A stretch of DNA of 62,953 nucleotides, the filler included, from Folioceros fuciformis (Eukaryota): NCBI GenBank assembly GCA_049999805.1. It is 5 parts of 5 records of this genome, joined end to end, with 100 filler letters (N's around TTAATTAATTAA, not from the genome) between each part and the next. Parts side by side here need not be neighbours in the genome. Positions count along the whole stretch, not along the records: positions 60,921 to 62,953 come from JBNGIO010005110.1; 4 more parts are not named here. The stretch is one strand, 5' to 3'. Both the position numbers and the translations under genes were made by a program. Positions within the stretch are counted from its first letter, which is position 1. Each line of letters opens with the position of its first letter. Shown one piece after another: positions 60,921 to 62,953 of this stretch. Below the pieces are notes generated by a model, which saw only the letters and a list, made by a program, of their open reading frames with translations, was not told the DNA's origin and searched no databases.

Positions 60921-62953
60921 CAGGCAGGTAACCCGGCACCAGATCAGGTGAGCCACGGGGGGGGGTCTAGCAGTTTGGTCGGCTGGCTGGGCTGTGGCTA
61001 GCTACCGGCCTGGGTGCCCATGATCGAAGTGACACAGGTGGTCGACCGAGCTGCAGCCAGGCATCAGGCAGCCAGCGTGCCGGCTGATGACAGGTGACCC
61101 TGCAGGTAGACAGCCGGCAGTGGCGGGCGGGGCCGGTGGCTGGAGAATTCAATGGGCTAGCGGCCGGAACCGTAGGCCAGTAGCAGCCCAGCTGCTTGTG
61201 GCTGGTCGGGTAGAATCGGGTAGCCAGGCCGACTGGCTAGACCCTGGCCCGTCGGCAACCTGGCTAAAGTGGGGCAGGCTAGCCAATGCTTCAGGCTAGG
61301 TTGGTCGTGACCAGAGGAAGTCGAACGGCGGTGAGGCAGGATTCAGACGGGGTGGCAAAACGGCAAAGTTAGATTTGGGTTGGTCCGACGGGATGGCAGG
61401 CAGCTGAAGTCAGGCAATCCAGGTCTGCCAGCAACTGGGCTGATCGGCAAAGGCAGATTTGAGCTAGGCGGTGGGGCTGGCTAGCTAGCCGATTCCGGAG
61501 CTAGGTAGGCGGGCCAGCAAGCTGAGTGCTTGGACGAGACAGGCATGGCAGGTGGTCGAGCTGGCAGCGGCCAGCTGCTGAGGAGCAGCCAAGCCTCGCA
61601 GGCGGCATGGCCGGTGGCTGATTGGCCGGGGGGAACTTGGTTAGGAGGGAAATCTAGGCCAGGCGGGCCTCAGCATGATCCAGGCTGCAGGTAGGCGCGG
61701 CCATCGGCTGGTTGTGGATGGGCTAGAGCTGAGCTGGGCAGCCGAGTTGGTCGGCTGGCTACTAAGGAGCCTGGCCACAGCCTAGCCTGGCCTAGCTACA
61801 GGCAGGCTGCGGGCGGGTCTGTTGGGCTAGCTTCTGGCCAGGTTCAGGAGGGCAGGAGGCCGGGAATGTCGGTGGCAGGCCAGCTGAAGGGTAAGCGACC
61901 CATCTCGGAGTCCGGGTTGGCTGTGGCTGCTCATGACTGGTGCCAGGCAGCCTGGAGCGCAAAGGAGCAGCCAGCTGACGGGCGGGCTGGCTGGCCTGGC
62001 TGGGCGGATCCAAGCTGGTTGAGACCGGGGCTGGATCTGGAGGTTGGCAAGCGGTCAGCAGCAGCCGAGTCTTGGTCGGCAGGGCACTCCGAGGCTGCGG
62101 TAGTATCAGATTCAGGAGGCAGACCAGCCAGGCGTGGGCAATGGCATAAGGTCCTGGACAGGCTGGGTGGCGGCACCTCTCCAATGGCTGTAAAATCAAC
62201 AACTGCAGGGCCCAAGCAGGCAGGCGGCCAGCCGGATTCAGGCTGGCTGGGCAGGTGGCCTGGCCATGGCGGCTGGTCGCAGCTGGGCCAGTTAGCCTAA
62301 GGCGGCGCTGGATCGTAGCCAGACGGGCCTCTGGCTGATCCAGATCGTGCTGGCCAGGAGGGGGGCCAGGTATGCGAGAAGGATGGTAGAGCGGCTGCTG
62401 GCTGGTGATGGCCGGCTGAGGAGCTTAGCCAAGCAGCCCAGCCCGCGCCGGTGGCGAGCAGGCTGCCGGGATCTGATCCCGGATCCCGGCTAGGATCTCT
62501 GCTAGGCCGCGGGACCGGCTGGCCACAGGCACAAGGGGCAGCCTGATAGCAGCAACCAGGCGACACAGGGTTCAGACAGTCATGGCTGGCTATCCTGGAT
62601 CGCGTCCATCAGGACAGCTGGCTAGGGGCTCTAGATGGCCGGGGCAAGATCAAGAAGCTAGACAGCAGCCTAGCTGCAAGATCCCAAGCAGGCTGTCGAC
62701 CAGTCGGATCAGGGGGGACAGGTTGGCTGATCGGACTGCGGACCTGCCTGGGCAAATCGGCCAGCCGAAGTGCAGGAGGCCCGGCTGGGCGCCTAGGCTG
62801 GTTGTGGTTGGTCACGCCTGGAAACAGGCAGCTTCGTCCGGCTGCAGGCAGGCAGCCCGGCCCGACTGCAGACAAGCAGCCTAGTGCCGGCCAGGCGGGC
62901 GCTGTAAACCTGGCGGGACGTTGGAGGCGGGCTGTCGGCAGAGCGCTCTGGGC
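60921..62953. repeat. GC-rich low-complexity repeat region, probably TE-derived
   Basis: Dense GGCTGGC/GCCAGCC/GGCAGGC motifs; only low-complexity short ORFs. Confidence 0.5.

Noticed and set aside
60921-62953. Several 70-144 aa ORFs
   Set aside because: Expected by chance in GC-rich repetitive DNA; A/G/P/W-biased with no motifs

Overview
Eukaryotic nuclear DNA from a land plant. Short ~80-200 bp introns, tight gene spacing, PLS-PPR genes with long L-motif insertions and a TORNADO1-type ROCO gene suggest a seed-free plant, possibly a hornwort (inference). It is a draft scaffold with 7 N-gaps, 4 of which carry an artificial TTAATTAATTAA linker. 1-15 kb is a compact gene island: a decayed PPR gene, polyubiquitin, a PLS-E+ PPR gene, ORMDL, proteasome beta-7 (PBG1), PRP3 and complex I B14/NDUFA6. 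15-25 kb holds a decayed CRE-like non-LTR retrotransposon (RT plus restriction-like endonuclease) and a Harbinger relic (Myb/SANT plus DDE fragment). 25.6-30.2 kb holds a predicted 4-exon, 879-aa gene fusing a hydrophobic N-terminus and a long coiled coil to a bacterial-type DUF1838-like domain, head-to-head with a YebC/TACO1 gene. 31-55 kb is a nested retrotransposon block (several Copia elements, Tat/Athila-like Gypsy ends, LINE scraps). 56-60 kb is an LRR-Roc-COR gene with a duplicated GC-rich LRR module joined to an AT-rich Roc-COR, cut by a gap. The best novelty candidates are the coiled-coil/DUF1838-like fusion, the chimeric-looking ROCO gene and the CRE-like element. All exon structures are hand-derived from GT/AG sites and frame continuity.
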